A stretch of DNA of 63,625 nucleotides, counting the filler, from Thraustochytrium aureum (lineage: Eukaryota): NCBI GenBank assembly GCA_012862495.1. It is 5 parts of 3 records of this genome, joined end to end, with 100 filler letters (N's around TTAATTAATTAA, not from the genome) between each part and the next. Parts side by side here need not be neighbours in the genome. Positions count along the whole stretch, not along the records: positions 9,806 to 29,627 come from BLSG01000098.1; 4 more parts are not named here. One strand, 5' to 3'. Of the stretch, positions 11,237-23,700 are shown in pieces (positions within the stretch are counted from its first letter, which is position 1; each line of letters begins with the position of its first letter). The position numbers were made by a program, and so were the translations under genes. The notes below the pieces were generated by a model. It did no database searches, was not told the DNA's origin, and was given only the letters and a program-made list of their open reading frames with translations.

Positions 11237-12403
11237 ATGAAGTGGACTTGCGCCGCCGCCGCCCTGGCGCGGCCGTCCTGGTCGTCGGCGCGCAAGGCGG
11301 GCCGAAAACGCAAGCTCAAGTTCGAGATTAAAGGCGACGAGGTCGACATCGAGTCGGAGAGCGAGACGGAAGAGTTCAAAGACAAGCTCACGTTCAAGCT
11401 GAACCCGAACGACAACAGCATGGACGCCACGCTGGGGTACAAGTCGGAGACGGAGAAGGTCAAGGCCGACACGGACTTTGACCTCCGCATCTTCGAGATC
11501 GTCGAGTTCACGCCCAAGGACGCGGCGAAGGGCTTCCAGAGCGGGGACGCGGTCGTTTCCACCTACCCGAACGGCAAGTGGGACTGGACCGCTCTCGGCG
11601 ACGACCAGGGCGCAGAGACGCGCACGTTCACGATGGGCACCACGGACGGCGTCTTTGCATTCATCGCGCACGTCGCGAGCGCGGTCAACGGAACCCTGGA
11701 ACCCAACAGCATCAAGTTTGACATCGCCATCAANNNNNNNNNNNNNNNNNNNNNNNNNNNNNNNNNNNNNNNNNNNNNNNNNNNNNNNNNNNNNNNNNNN
11801 NNNNNNNNNNNNNNNNNNNNNNNNNNNNNNNNNNNNNNNNNNNNNNNNNNNNNNNNNNNNNNNNNNNNNNNNNNNNNNNNNNNNNNNNNNNNNNNNNNNN
11901 NNNNNNNNNNNNNNNNNNNNNNNNNNNNNNNNNNNNNNNNNNNNNNNNNNNNNNNNNNNNNNNNNNNNNNNNNNNNNNNNNNNNNNNNNNNNNNNNNNNN
12001 NNNNNNNNNNNNNNNNNNNNNNNNNNNNCTTTCCGTACCAGGGACCGGCACGCAGCTCGCTCTGCGTACCAAGCTGCGCACCAAGGACAAGTTCAAGGAC
12101 GAGACTGGCGGCACGCAGGTCAGCATCGAGATGACCGGCGGGGCGCCGCAGGGCTCGTTCAGCTGGGTCAGCAAAGCGGACGCTGGGTCGTCCAAGGTCA
12201 CCGTCGAGGCCACGAGCGGCTCGGGCTCGACGAGCGCCACTGAGAAGGAGCTGTACTTTGCGTTCCTCTCGACCGAACAGCTCGAGGACCTCTTCTGGGA
12301 CCCGACGCTCGGCGTCGCATACGGCGCGGCGGGCAGGGCCGCAAGCGCGGGCCTCTTCGTGGGCGCGCTTGCTCTCGCTGGTGCTCTGCAGGCCGCATTC
12401 TAA
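11237..12403 (+). CDS. Secreted protein paralog 3 (internal gap)
   Basis: Shares FKDKLTFKLN, TDGVFAFIAHV, NGTLEPNSIKFDIAI and FWDPTLGV with paralog 1. The signal peptide (AVLVVGAQG) reads in an alternate frame, implying compensating indels. Confidence 0.8.
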   Translation: MKWTCAAAALARPSWSSARKAGRKRKLKFEIKGDEVDIESESETEEFKDKLTFKLNPNDNSMDATLGYKSETEKVKADTDFDLRIFEIVEFTPKDAAKGFQSGDAVVSTYPNGKWDWTALGDDQGAETRTFTMGTTDGVFAFIAHVASAVNGTLEPNSIKFDIAIXXXXXXXXXXXXXXXXXXXXXXXXXXXXXXXXXXXXXXXXXXXXXXXXXXXXXXXXXXXXXXXXXXXXXXXXXXXXXXXXXXXXXXXXXXXXXXXXXXXLSVPGTGTQLALRTKLRTKDKFKDETGGTQVSIEMTGGAPQGSFSWVSKADAGSSKVTVEATSGSGSTSATEKELYFAFLSTEQLEDLFWDPTLGVAYGAAGRAASAGLFVGALALAGALQAAF

Positions 12404-12498
12404 GCCCTGACAGGCGCACTTTACGGCTCTGAACAGTGATTTCACACAAAAAATAACCTTGATACTGCACCGCTTGATCAAGAACGGGCACTGTAGAG

Positions 12499-15074
12499 CT
12501 AGTTCCCGCGCGAATCGATGCAGAAAAACACGTTGCGCCGCAGCATCGAGCAGCATATTTTGCGCTCGAGCTCTTGCTGGCGGTCTGCATCGTCTGCGTT
12601 GCCGCCGGCTTCGGCGTCGCTGTCGCTGTCGCTGCTGGCGGAGTCGGCACCCGCGACAATCAAATCGCCTCGGCCCTCCGCCTTTTCTGCAGCCGAGAGC
12701 AGGCGAGCAGTATAGCACCGGAAAAAGATGAAGTAGCAACACGGGTAGGCAAAGATGGCGAGGGCGACCCAGCCAAGGTCCTTGACAAGGCGCAGCGGGT
12801 CGCCTCCCAAGACCTCGTCGATCGAGTCGGAAACCTTGAACGTGACAAAGCACTGCGAACCAAAGAGCTGGAAGATGTAGCAAGACACAGTCATGCAGCC
12901 CGCGGACACAACGAGGAGACCTCGGTTGAGCTGGTCCAGCTGGCTCCAGTGCGTGATGCGCTCACGCAGCTTCTCGCGGTACTCGCTGGCGCGCTCCAGC
13001 TCGAGGACCTCCTGGTCGTCGTCCCACTGCTTGAGCTCCTCCTCGCGCTCGATGATGGTCTTGGCGATGAAGTGAATGGCAGCAAGCATAGCCGCTGACT
13101 GCACGACAAAGGCCGCCGCGAGCGACATCGTGCTGAGCGAGCCCCAGATGCCACCTTCGCTCGACCTGAGCAGCAGCGCGCCCGCCACAACGCAGGGGGC
13201 GATGAGGAAAAACACGGGCAGCGAGCCGTAAAGCATCGAGCCGAGCGGCAGCCGCAAGATGCCCGTGAGTACCGAGACGGGCCAGTCCGGCCCGCCGCAG
13301 AGGACCGATACCTTGCGCAGGCTCATGCCGGGCTGCAAGAGGATGAGGCGGATCGAGCGCGTCTCGACAGAGTTGACGGCCACGAGGCGGCGGATCCACA
13401 CTCTGTTGTAGGCGAACATCTCGCCGATGATTTTTGCTGGATCACGATAGCGCTCATTTTGAGGCCGAAGCAGATCGCCATCGTAAACGCGACCGCGCCC
13501 CAAAACGACATCAGGTCCTGCGCCGAGCTGACGAGGATGATGCCGCCGCTCACGTACACGGGCACGCCCGGGATGAACGGGTTGAGGAACATGAGCGTCC
13601 CGACGCCGATGAACACAAAGGTCGTCGCAGCAAGTGGGACTGTCAGCAGCTCGGCGTTGAGCCAGCTCAGGAACAGCGTGGTGACGCGCACCACGCCGAC
13701 CGACAGCAGAAAGAAGAAGAGGCCGAGCCAGATCACCTTGACGAAAACCGACGTCCAGTTCCAAGAGCGCATCTCCGCAAGGTACCGGGTTGCGCGCGCG
13801 GTGAAGAAGAGCTCGCGGTCCTCCGCGCTGAGCTTTTTCGTGCACGAAAAGTACTTTCGAGACAGCTGCGTGAGCACGCTGCACCCCAGGTACACGATAA
13901 AGAAAGGAGAAATAAGCATGAGCATGATGGCCTTGACCCAGTCCGAGGTCATCGCGCGCAGCATGCGGTTGCCAAGAGGCGTGTTGCCCAGCCCCTCCTG
14001 AATGGCGCCCGTTCCAAACACCGCCGCGACCACGACGCCCATCACGATCATGGCAACAAACGTGAGCGCAAGGATCACGTTTGTGAGGCTCATCTCTGCG
14101 CCGGCGATCCCTGCTGCGGCCCAGAGCCCGAACAGGCCCAATGCGACGAGCATCACAAACCCTTGCGCGAGCGGGTCCATGGCGTGCGCCTTGTCTTTGG
14201 CTTCGCGCGCCTGCTTGAGCGTGCGCACAAGGAAGAAGAGCACAGCAGCGAAAACGAACGACCAAAGCACGAGCACGAACGGCAAGAGCCAGAGCATGAA
14301 CGCCGCGGTGCATCCGACTACCTGGCTGTCCAGAGCGTCTCGGGCCTCAGACGACAGTGCGGAGAGGCCGACTTGGTCAACCGGGGCGCCCAAGGTGGCC
14401 TCTACGGCGGTGAGGTTGCAGTCCATGAGGCCATAAAACTCGATTTTCACGTCGAGGCCCCACCAGTGGTCCGTGCTGAGGATCCAAACCGGCCAGGCGG
14501 TCAGCGCGCCCACCCCAACAACCACTAGGGAGGCCTCGAGCGTGACGAGATAGCTTGCCACGTCAATGTGGTCGAACACGGTGGTCTTGATCAGCATCAG
14601 TACGAAGGGGCCGCCCAGCAGGAACAGGCCCACAGGCGCCACCACAAAGGCTTTGGTGGCCAATAGAGCGGCGGCACCAAACCCGAGCACGCTGAGCCCC
14701 ATCATCGCGACGGCGATCAGGCGCCACGGGCCGTGCCAGAACCGAACGTCCAGCACGAGGAGAGCAAAGGTGAACACCACGGCCGCCCCCAGCGCGTACA
14801 GGCAGTACTCGTACGAATCGGACAGCTTCTCGAATATCTGGTGCCCGCGGCACCACGGCAGGGCGCTAAATAGAAACAGAAACAGAATCGCGCCGCCGAT
14901 CACGACAGAGGCCACAATGGCGTGCTCCCACCAAGCGCCCTTGTCACGCACGCGGTCCGCGCTTTTCTTTGCGCTCTCGCCCTCGCTGCCATCTTCGATC
15001 GACGCGCTGGCGTTGATGCCGGCTATCGAGACGGTCTCGACGCCGCCCTCGTCCTCCGTGTTGGGCAGCGCCAT
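12499..15074 (-). CDS. Large polytopic membrane protein with a C-terminal DedA/VTT(SNARE-associated)-like region; frameshift near 13430
   Basis: More than 15 hydrophobic segments; motifs PFIPGVPVYVSGG and VSVLCGGPDWPVSVLTGILRL. Two ORFs join at an A homopolymer (QQK/IIGE). Confidence 0.7.
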
Positions 15075-15532
15075 GACACCCAGCCGCAGAGCCCTCCCTG
15101 TTCCTGCCGCGATGCCAGCTGCCGCCACGGATGGCTTCGCTTGCGCCAACGCGAGCTGTCCGGCAAAAGGCCTGCAAGCAGCGAGCGCCCAGCGCGCCGC
15201 ACTTGGCCGAGCAAGCAAGCGCCTTGGCACCAAAACCGCGAGCTGTGCGCAGCCCCGAAAGTCGCCGGAAGCCACAAGCCACAAGCCAGTGGCCGGAAGA
15301 CAATTGCGGAAGACAGCAACGATCGCCGGCAGCGCTCGTCGTTCGCGAGAGTCCCTTCGCGCCGCGTCCGCGTCAGACGACCAGCGTCGATCGGGGTCTG
15401 CCTGCCACACCTGTGCTCGGCTCGCGCCGTCCGAAGTTTACCGTTTCCCCGTCACGCCACCACCCTACATGACGCATCTCGGTCGTCACTGGGGATCTGA
15501 TGTGACGAGAGGTGTGCAGGGTGAGAGAGAGG

Positions 15533-16154
15533 GATGGTGGAGGATGCGCGCGGCGGAGGGGTTGGCAGGACGCCGGCGGCGTCCAGCTCGAGCGAGAGAG
15601 AGCCTCTGGTGAGACTGGTGCGTGGCGGCGACCGGTGTGAAGCCGCCATTCGGTTGCGCTTCGAGGCGCTCTTGCTTCCTGCGGGCGTCAAGTTCGCGTG
15701 GCGCCGGCGTCTTCGCTCCCGGGACATCGAACACCTTGCAAATCAAGTTGAAGAAGAAGAAGCGCGTCCAGCACGCGCAATGCACGGGCAATCTATCCCT
15801 CGGGGATGTTGCACATGGTGGCGAGCGACGATGGCGCGTTGGACAGAAGCCACTGGCAGCCAGCTGCCGCGCGGCGAGACGCAAATGAACCACCTCGTTC
15901 AGCGGCAACTCGGAAGCGAACTCGATTGTGGTTGTCTGCCAATCACTGATGACTACTCTACCATCAATGGCAGAGTGTCTGTGAGATTCTGCCAAGGAGG
16001 ATCCGACTTGTCTTGCCACAACCATCGAGCCCCCCGTCTGACACTGACACTGACACTGGCTCAGAGAGTCTGTGGAGTGCTGCTGCTCGCGCGAGTGGCC
16101 GTGTGCGCTTTGCCAACTCTGGTCCGCAATAGTCTAACAGAGGGGCGCTTCTGA
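15533..16154 (+). CDS. Possible uncharacterised ORF
   Basis: ATG-started open frame of about 200 aa with no recognisable motif. Confidence 0.2.
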
Positions 16155-16764
16155 CCATTGACTCGACATCCTTTACATTGAAATTCAATATTTTGATTCC
16201 TGGCAATGTGCGAATAGAGACTTGAGCGTCAACACTCCTTTTCGCCATGCTAAGCAGATTAAAGACTTGAATGTCAATATTCAACTCCTCAATACATGAC
16301 TCTAGATCATTCGTAAATAGCCGAAGCCATCCTATCTAATACTTGAATGTCAATATTAACTTCCGCAGGAGGTAATATCGAGGGTATTGTTGCTCGGGCG
16401 GATGTGTGGCGGACGACGGGCAAGTCGTGGCCTTCGACGACGACGGGATGGATCATTGACTGCTTCGGAGCGGCAGCCGGCACCGCATCGAAGAGCCTTT
16501 CGTTGCTTGAAAGTAAACGCTCGTGGGGCTTTGCGCAGTTTGGGCTTGGCTGCGCTGGCCGGCCTTGCGTTGGCCTCGGCTCACGGTCTACTGCAGGCCG
16601 GCGTCGGGCTTTCTCGACTTGCGCGACGACAGCAAGCTCGCTCAAGGCTGTGGCTGTCCTGCTGGCTGGCTGGCAGAGTCGCAGCGGCGAGTCCTGGATT
16701 GTCCCTGGGCGCTTGGGCCGGAGAAGAGCGGCGGTAGACCGTCGCGCAACGCGGGTTGAGCAGG

Positions 16765-17691
16765 ATGTGCATTACGTTTGTCTACGTGGACAGTGACGCG
16801 GCCTCGCCGTACAAGTACATCATCGGGGCGAACCGCGACGAGTTCTTCGACCGCGCGGCGGACCCGGCCAAGCAGTGGACCGAGTTTGGGCACCGCAGCA
16901 CGTTCGCCGGGCGCGACCGCGAGGCCAACGGGACTTGGCTCGGCCTCCGCGCCCAAGCCCTCCTGCCCCGCCCTCAACAAGCGCTGATCGGCCCGCCGCC
17001 AAAGCCGGCGACGTGCAAAGTAGACCTGCGCGTCGGCATCATCACCAACGTGCGCGAGCTCGCCGACGGGGCCGAGGGCAAGCACTCGCGTGGAGCGCTG
17101 ATTGCCGACTTTCTGGCAGACAACAACCACGACGGGCCGGCCAAGTACGGGGCCAACGTGGTCGCGTCGGGCGACCAGTTCAACGGGTTCAACCTGCTCT
17201 TGGGCGATGCGGAGGACATGGTCTTCGTGAGCAACCGCGGCGCCAGCGCAACGGCCGTCGAGCGCCTTGCGCCTGGCGTCCATGGCCTCTCGAACGGCAC
17301 ACTTAACGGGCATTGGCCCAAAGTGGTTGTCGGCAAGGAGCGCTTCGCCAAGGCCGTGCAGCGCCACCTCAGCGCGGGAACAACAACGGGCGAGGGCATT
17401 CTCATCGACGACGTCTTCAAGGTGATGCAGGACAGTTCGCAGTGCGGCACGCATGCGGATCTCCCGGGCGTTTTCCCACCTGCGGACGAGCGCGCCCTCT
17501 CGGCAGTTTTCGTGAAGCCGATCAACCTCGCCCGTAAGGGCGCCTACGGCACACGCAGCACCGTCGTCATCCTTGTCCGCCGGGACGGTACCATCGCCTT
17601 CTCTGAAAAGGTCTTCGAGGACGAGCGGCAGGAGCGCGTCGCGGCTGCGCGCCACGAGCTCATCTTCTCGCCACACCGCCGCGCCAACTAG
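16765..17691 (+). CDS. TANGO2: TANGO2/NRDE family protein
   Basis: N-terminal MC, ANRDEFFDR, GRDREANGTWLG, ITNVRE, SRGALIADFL, FNGFNLL, GVHGLSN, WPKV and YGTRSTVVI. Confidence 0.93.
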   Translation: MCITFVYVDSDAASPYKYIIGANRDEFFDRAADPAKQWTEFGHRSTFAGRDREANGTWLGLRAQALLPRPQQALIGPPPKPATCKVDLRVGIITNVRELADGAEGKHSRGALIADFLADNNHDGPAKYGANVVASGDQFNGFNLLLGDAEDMVFVSNRGASATAVERLAPGVHGLSNGTLNGHWPKVVVGKERFAKAVQRHLSAGTTTGEGILIDDVFKVMQDSSQCGTHADLPGVFPPADERALSAVFVKPINLARKGAYGTRSTVVILVRRDGTIAFSEKVFEDERQERVAAARHELIFSPHRRAN

Positions 17692-18366
17692 CGGCGCGTC
17701 CTCGCCGCATCCCAGGCGATTTCGTAGAGTGCTTTTCACCTTGAAAACATCCCACTTGCTCGGCCGCAATTTGCTGCTCCGCACTTCGTCCTCCTCCAAG
17801 CCCGCATTTCATGGCGTGCTCGAGCGAGACTCGAAACGCGACGAAAGGCCGAATCGCAAAGCCCGAAACGGCGACGTCGATTGCCCAGCAACACCACGAC
17901 AAACAACGTCAACTTGCCATGATCTTCGAGTTGAGCGTCGTCTTTCTTGCGTTCTTGCACAACTCGTTGGTTTCAATGAGCGAGGCTTGGGTCTCGCCAA
18001 GCTCCAAAAAAGCCATGCCAGCGCGACCGCGGTCCCGTACTGCACGATCCACAGCACGAGTTGTGTACCATCAGCCCAAACCATTGTGAAGAGCCACTAC
18101 ACAGGTGCAATTCCTGTGCTGATAAAAACAGAATAGGAGCGCGCGAGAAGGGCATGCTAAGCCAGGCTAGAAGTACTCGCTTCACGTGGGACTTTGTTTC
18201 TTTCGATCCGCATGCATCGCAGGCCCCAGACCCCGAACGAGCAGTGGCAGGCCCGCATTGGCGCACGCACCGGAAACATTGACCACGGGCTCCCCTCCGG
18301 CGCGTTCAGGCCGGCCCCTCGAAAGCGCAGTCGCTGGCGCTTGTTGGCCCTGAAGGCGAGCAAGTG

Positions 18367-20289
18367 ATGAACTATGGGGACGACCGCGAGCCACTCGTGC
18401 CGGCCAAGCTGCCGGTGCGCGTGAGGGTGAGCTGGGGCGCGCCGCAGTTTTCGGTGCTGTCCGTGTACATGCTGCTGACGATCCATGCCACAATCTTCTA
18501 CGACTACTTGGGCGCCGACCTCGCGTTCATCGCGTTCGGGACGGCGTTCTCGCGCAGCTGGGACGTGATCAGCGACCCCCTAATGGGGTGGATCTCGGAC
18601 TCGACGAGGTCGCGGTGGGGGCGCCGCGTGCCGTACATGCTGGTCGGCATGTGGTTCTACGCCGCGAGCCTGCTGCTGGTCCTGGGCGCCGGCGTCCTGC
18701 TCCCCGGCGACGTCGTACAGGTCAGCGGGGGCGTCTGCAGCGGAAACGACAACGGCACCGACACGGACGGGGCTGACGAGGCTGCATCGAAGAACGGGCG
18801 CACCGTCGCCGCCTGGTACGCTGTCACGTTCGTCCTCTTCTACCTCAGCGACACCGTGTGCAACATTCCTTACAACGCGCTTGGCCCGGAGATCGCGCCA
18901 GACTACGACAACCGCTCAAGGCTCTACTTTACCCAAAACATATTTGGCCTCTCTGGGACGCTAGTGGGCGCGGTGGCTCCCGTGCTGGCCGAGGCCATGG
19001 GGCTCAGCAAGGAGATGGCCTTCTTGGCCGTGGCGCTCTTCTTCGGCGGCTACTACCTCGTCTCCGTGAGCAACCTCGCGGTGCAGTGCAAGGAGACAGC
19101 CAAGCGCGACGAGCTCCCGGAGGCCATTCCGCTCGTCCCTTCCGTAAACCGCGCGTTCAAAAACCCGGCTTTCAAAATCCTCGTTGTATCCTGGCTCATC
19201 GATGCCGTGGGCTGGTTTGCGGTGGCCGCGCTCCTCCCGTTCTACCTCAAGTACGTGATTCGGCCAGGCGCCACGCCGGGGTACGACCACCTGGACGACG
19301 AGATCTGGCTTGGGATCGCCTTTTCGGCGTTCTTCATTGCCGCCATCCTCAGCATGCCGCTCTGGAAACTGGTCGAGCGGAGAATCGGCCTCTACAAGGC
19401 CTGGATGTCGTACAACCTGGTCATGGGCGTAACCAACGCGCTCTTCATCTTCGTGGGGCGCGGTGACGTCGCTCTGGGCATTGCCGTGACGGTGCTCAAC
19501 GGCATGCCGCTCGGCGGCAAGTACCTCTCGGATGCCCACCTTGCCTCGTGCCTCTCGGTTGATGAATTTTACACCGGCGAGAAGCGCGAGGCGCAGTTCA
19601 CCATGTTTGCCTCTTTCGTCCCGAAGGTGGTCTCGATCCCGGCCAATGCGCTCCCCCTTGCCGCCATCGCGGCAGCCGGCTTTGTTGGCAGCAAGTCCGA
19701 GTGCGTTGAAGGCCTGATCGTCGTGGTTCCGCAGGAGCAAAGCGAGCTCGTCAAGAGCCTCATCGTGGCTTTTTTCGTGGGACTGCCCGTGCTCGCCAAC
19801 ATGGTCTCGTTCCTCGTCAAGATGCGCTTCCCGCTCAAGACGGCTGAGGCCCACTACGCGGTGCGCGAGGGCATTCTCCTGCACAACGAGGGCAAGCCGG
19901 CGAAGGACCCCATCTCCGGCGCCATGGTGCCGAGCCACAAGTCGCTTTCCCCAGAGGAGCAAGCCTTCGGCGTCCTTCTCGACCACTTTTCCTCTACCGA
20001 GCAGCTGCGTTTGCTCGCAAACGGCGCCAAGGCTGGCTTTCTCGTGCGCCGCGCGGGGGTCGCGCTGTTGGTCTCGCTCGCCATGTTTGGCGCTTCGGTT
20101 GTGGTCGTGGTCGGCACGTTTGACCTCCTCACCGAGGAGTCGCTGTCATGGATACCGTCGTTTGCGCAGGTCTGTGTCGGGATCGCGCTCATGTCTGCGC
20201 TTTATTCGTTTTTCAAGTTGCGCGCAGCGCTGCTCCTCAAGCGTAGCGGGATCGACGCCGCCTTTATCGCAAAGTGGTCGCACTCGAGC
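18367..20289 (+). CDS. MFS transporter, GPH (MelB/MFSD2-like) family; 3' end in gap
   Basis: WDVISDPLMGWISDSTRSRWGRRVPY, NIPYNALGPE and DEFYTGEKREAQF; about 12 TM segments plus extra C-terminal helices. Confidence 0.88.
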
Positions 20290-20554
20290 NNNNNNNNNNN
20301 NNNNNNNNNNNNNNNNNNNNNNNNNNNNNNNNNNNNNNNNNNNNNNNNNNNNNNNNNNNNNNNNNNNNNNNNNNNNNNNNNNNNNNNNNNNNNNNNNNNN
20401 NNNNNNNNNNNNNNNNNNNNNNNNNNNNNNNNNNNNNNNNNNNNNNNNNNNNNNNNNNNNNNNNNNNNNNNNNNNNNNNNNNNNNNNNNNNNNNNNNNNN
20501 NNNNNNNNNNNNNNNNNNNNNNNNNNNNNNNNNNNNNNNNNNNNNNNNNNNNNN

Positions 20555-20593
<39 letters not shown>
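20555..20593. repeat. (GCTG)n microsatellite at a gap edge
   Basis: Tandem GCTG/GGCT units next to N gap. Confidence 0.9.
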
Positions 20594-20745
20594 TCTGCTT
20601 CGCCTATTTGGTACAAGCGGCCTCGTGTCGCTTTCTGACTTGTTCTACTAGCTAGCAACTACGTACGCGAAAGAGAGAAAAGAGTTTCTGCGACGCCGGC
20701 GGCCTCGCGCCTGATGTCTTGGGAGCTCACGCAAGCTTTTCAATG

Positions 20746-23700
20746 CTAGTCGAACGCAAAAACCTCGCTATCGCGAAGCGGCGGCGGCAGGAACTCCTGC
20801 TGTATCATGCGCTCAAAGTAGACCTCATTCAGCGACTCGTAGGACGGGTACGGCCGCTCGCAAAGCAGCGTGCACTGAAAGTGCATCCGAACCGATTGGT
20901 CCACCGACGCGGCATCAAGCCCAAACATCGGCAGAACCGGATACAGCGCATTTGACTCCACGACATCGCCACTCGAGTCTGCCATGCGTCGCGCGTCACG
21001 CAAGGCCACCGAGGGGTCCTTGGCCCCCCGCAGAGTTCGTGCCTCATCGTCGCCGTCCCTTTCGTTCACGATGCCGCTCGCGAGCTTTTGCATCCCGTGT
21101 GCGGGCCGTGGTGTCCCTTTGCCGGCTCCGGCAATGGCGATCGAGCCGCTCGAGCGCACAGACGATATCCGCGACGAAGCCGAGAGCGTGCTGCCGCGTG
21201 CCTCGGCGCCAGGGCCGAGGACGAGGTCAGGAGCGAGGTCGCCCAAAACCCTGCCGTCAGCATCGCGGGCCTGGGACGGAGGCGGTCTTGGCGGCTTGGC
21301 CAAATGCCCCTCCACCGGTACCGCGTCCCGCAGCACCGAGTCGGCCGAATCGGCAAACTTGTCGGCTTTAGCCGCGCTCGACGGCACCCGGGTGGCGGCC
21401 TCGATCAGGCGCCGGCGCCACTCGCCGTACTCGACGAGCGGGCATCGATAGCCAAAGTCGGCGACCCAAGTAAAGTACTCCTCCAGGTAGATCGGGTCCG
21501 GGTTGCACATGTTGTAAGCGCGCCCAACGGCGTCAAGCGAGTCGTAGGACGTGCAGATCCGCAATATCGACTCGCACACCATATCGACAGGGTTCATGTC
21601 CATCACCCAGCCGAGTCGCGGCGCATGCCTGCAGCTGGATGCACCCCTTCAGAAACAAACACAAAAAGTCGCTCAGGCTGGCCATGCCCGTTTCCGAATG
21701 CCCAGTGATCCTGCCCGGCCGAAATACAACCGTCGGCACGCCACGTCGCTGCGCCTCCTGCACGAGAAACTCTGCCACCCACTTGGTTTGCGCGTAGCCT
21801 TCCATGTGCACAAGGTCCTCCGGTCGCGCGATGGGGCCTTGCTCCTCAAAGGCAACCTCGACGGGAGCTGCACCCATCGGCTTGGCTTGGCTTCCAGCAC
21901 TGTCGTGTGGTGGCGCAAAGACTGACAGCGTGGAGATGTGGACGAGCGTTGCGGGGTGGCCGTACCTACTAGACGCGAGCCGGATCACCTCCTTTGTACC
22001 CAACTCGTTGGCTGCACGGAGCCGCGAGTACGGGAACAGCGAGTGGACGTAGGCTCCGCCGTGGATAATCACCTCCGCAGCCTGTGCAAGGCGCTCGAAG
22101 GATGGCCCTGCGAGCCCAAGTCGCGGCAGCGCCAAGTCGCCTTGCACGACAAGAATCGTGAGCCCTGGCCCAGCGGACGCGGTGCCAGTCGCCGCGCCGC
22201 CCACACCAATCCCCACGCCGTCCGTTTCCCCATACGCGTCGAGCTCTGTCCAGCCTCGGATGCAAGGCATGAGCGCCTCGTCGAGCAACTCAAAACTATC
22301 CAGCGCCTCGCGCAGCCGTGCAACAGCCGCACCCTCCGACTTGGCTCGCACGAGGCAGAGAACAACAAGGTCAGCATGCTCCCCGGCCCGCCGTTCGAGC
22401 CGCGCATGGTACAGGTCCGCCAGGGCCCTGACGAGGAAAGCGCCTAGANNNNNNNNNNNNNNNNNNNNNNNNNNNNNNNNNNNNNNNNNNNNNNNNNNNN
22501 NNNNNNNNNNNNNNNNNNNNNNNNNNNNNNNNNNNNNNNNNNNNNNNNNNNNNNNNNNNNNNNNNNNNNNNNNNNNNNNNNNNNNNNNNNNNNNNNNNNN
22601 NNNNNNNNNNNNNNNNNNNNNNNNNNNNNNNNNNNNNNNNNNNNNNNNNNNNNNNNNNNNNNNNNNNNNNNNNNNNNNNNNNNNNNNNNNNNNNNNNNNN
22701 NNNNNNNNNNNNNNNNNNNNNNNNNNNNNNNNNNNNNNNNNNNNNNNNNNNNNNNNNNNNNNNNNNNNNNNNNNNNNNNNNNNNNNNNNNNNNNNNNNNN
22801 NNNNNNNNNNNNNNNNNNNNNNNNNNNNNNNNNNNNNNNNNNNNNNNNNNNNNNNNNNNNNNNNNNNNNNNNNNNNNNNNNNNNNNNNNNNNNNNNNNNN
22901 NNNNNNNNNNNNNNNNNNNCCCCCGAGGCGCCGCTCGCTAGTCGCTGCGCTGCAGCCACTTTGCTGGCCACGGCGGCCGCCATGCCAGCGACGGACGGGT
23001 CGCTGAAGAATCGCCCGATCGAAACCTCCACGTTGAACGTGTCGCGAACAAGCGACAAGAGCTGGGTCGCGGCAAGCGAGTGCCCGCCGAGGTCGAAAAA
23101 GTTGTCGTGGACTGAGATCTTCTCGAGCCCGAGCGTCTCCTTCCAGAGATCCGCCACGATCACCTCCTCGGCGGTTCGCGGCAGAACGACCGCGCTTGCA
23201 GCCCTGCCGCTCAGGTCGCTCGTTTCTGCAGTGGGAGGCGGCAGCGCCTTGCGGTCAACCTTGCCATTCGAGGTGAGCGGAAGCTGGTCCATAAACACCC
23301 ACGCGGCGGGAGCCATGTACGCAGGCAGCTTGTCTTTCACCAGCCCTTGCAACTCGTGCACACGCTCAACCTCAGAGTATGCGGCGGCTGCCTCCTCTGA
23401 TGCCTTGGCCCCCTCAGCCAGGACGACGTAAGCGCACAGGCGCTGCTGTCCCGGCCTGTCCTCGCGCGCCAGCACGCAGGCTTCAAGCACGGAAGGATGC
23501 TGCTTGATTACCGACTCGATCTCGCCAAGCTCGACGCGCATGCCGCGAATCTTGACCTGAAAGTCCACGCGGCCAATAAACTCAATGTTCCCGTCCCGGC
23601 GGTACCGCACGCGGTCCCCGGTTCGGTACAGCTTGGAGTGCAGGAGCGCGTCGTCCACCGCAAGCTCTCGCAGCGTTTCTGCCAGGCGCTCGGGGAGCTC

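Noticed and set aside
16176..16357. CRISPR-like array
   Set aside because: Only two exact 17-bp copies, irregular spacing, no cas genes, eukaryotic context.
17660..18084. Minus-strand short ORFs with a hydrophobic segment
   Set aside because: They would need several frameshifts and have no recognisable domain; insufficient support.
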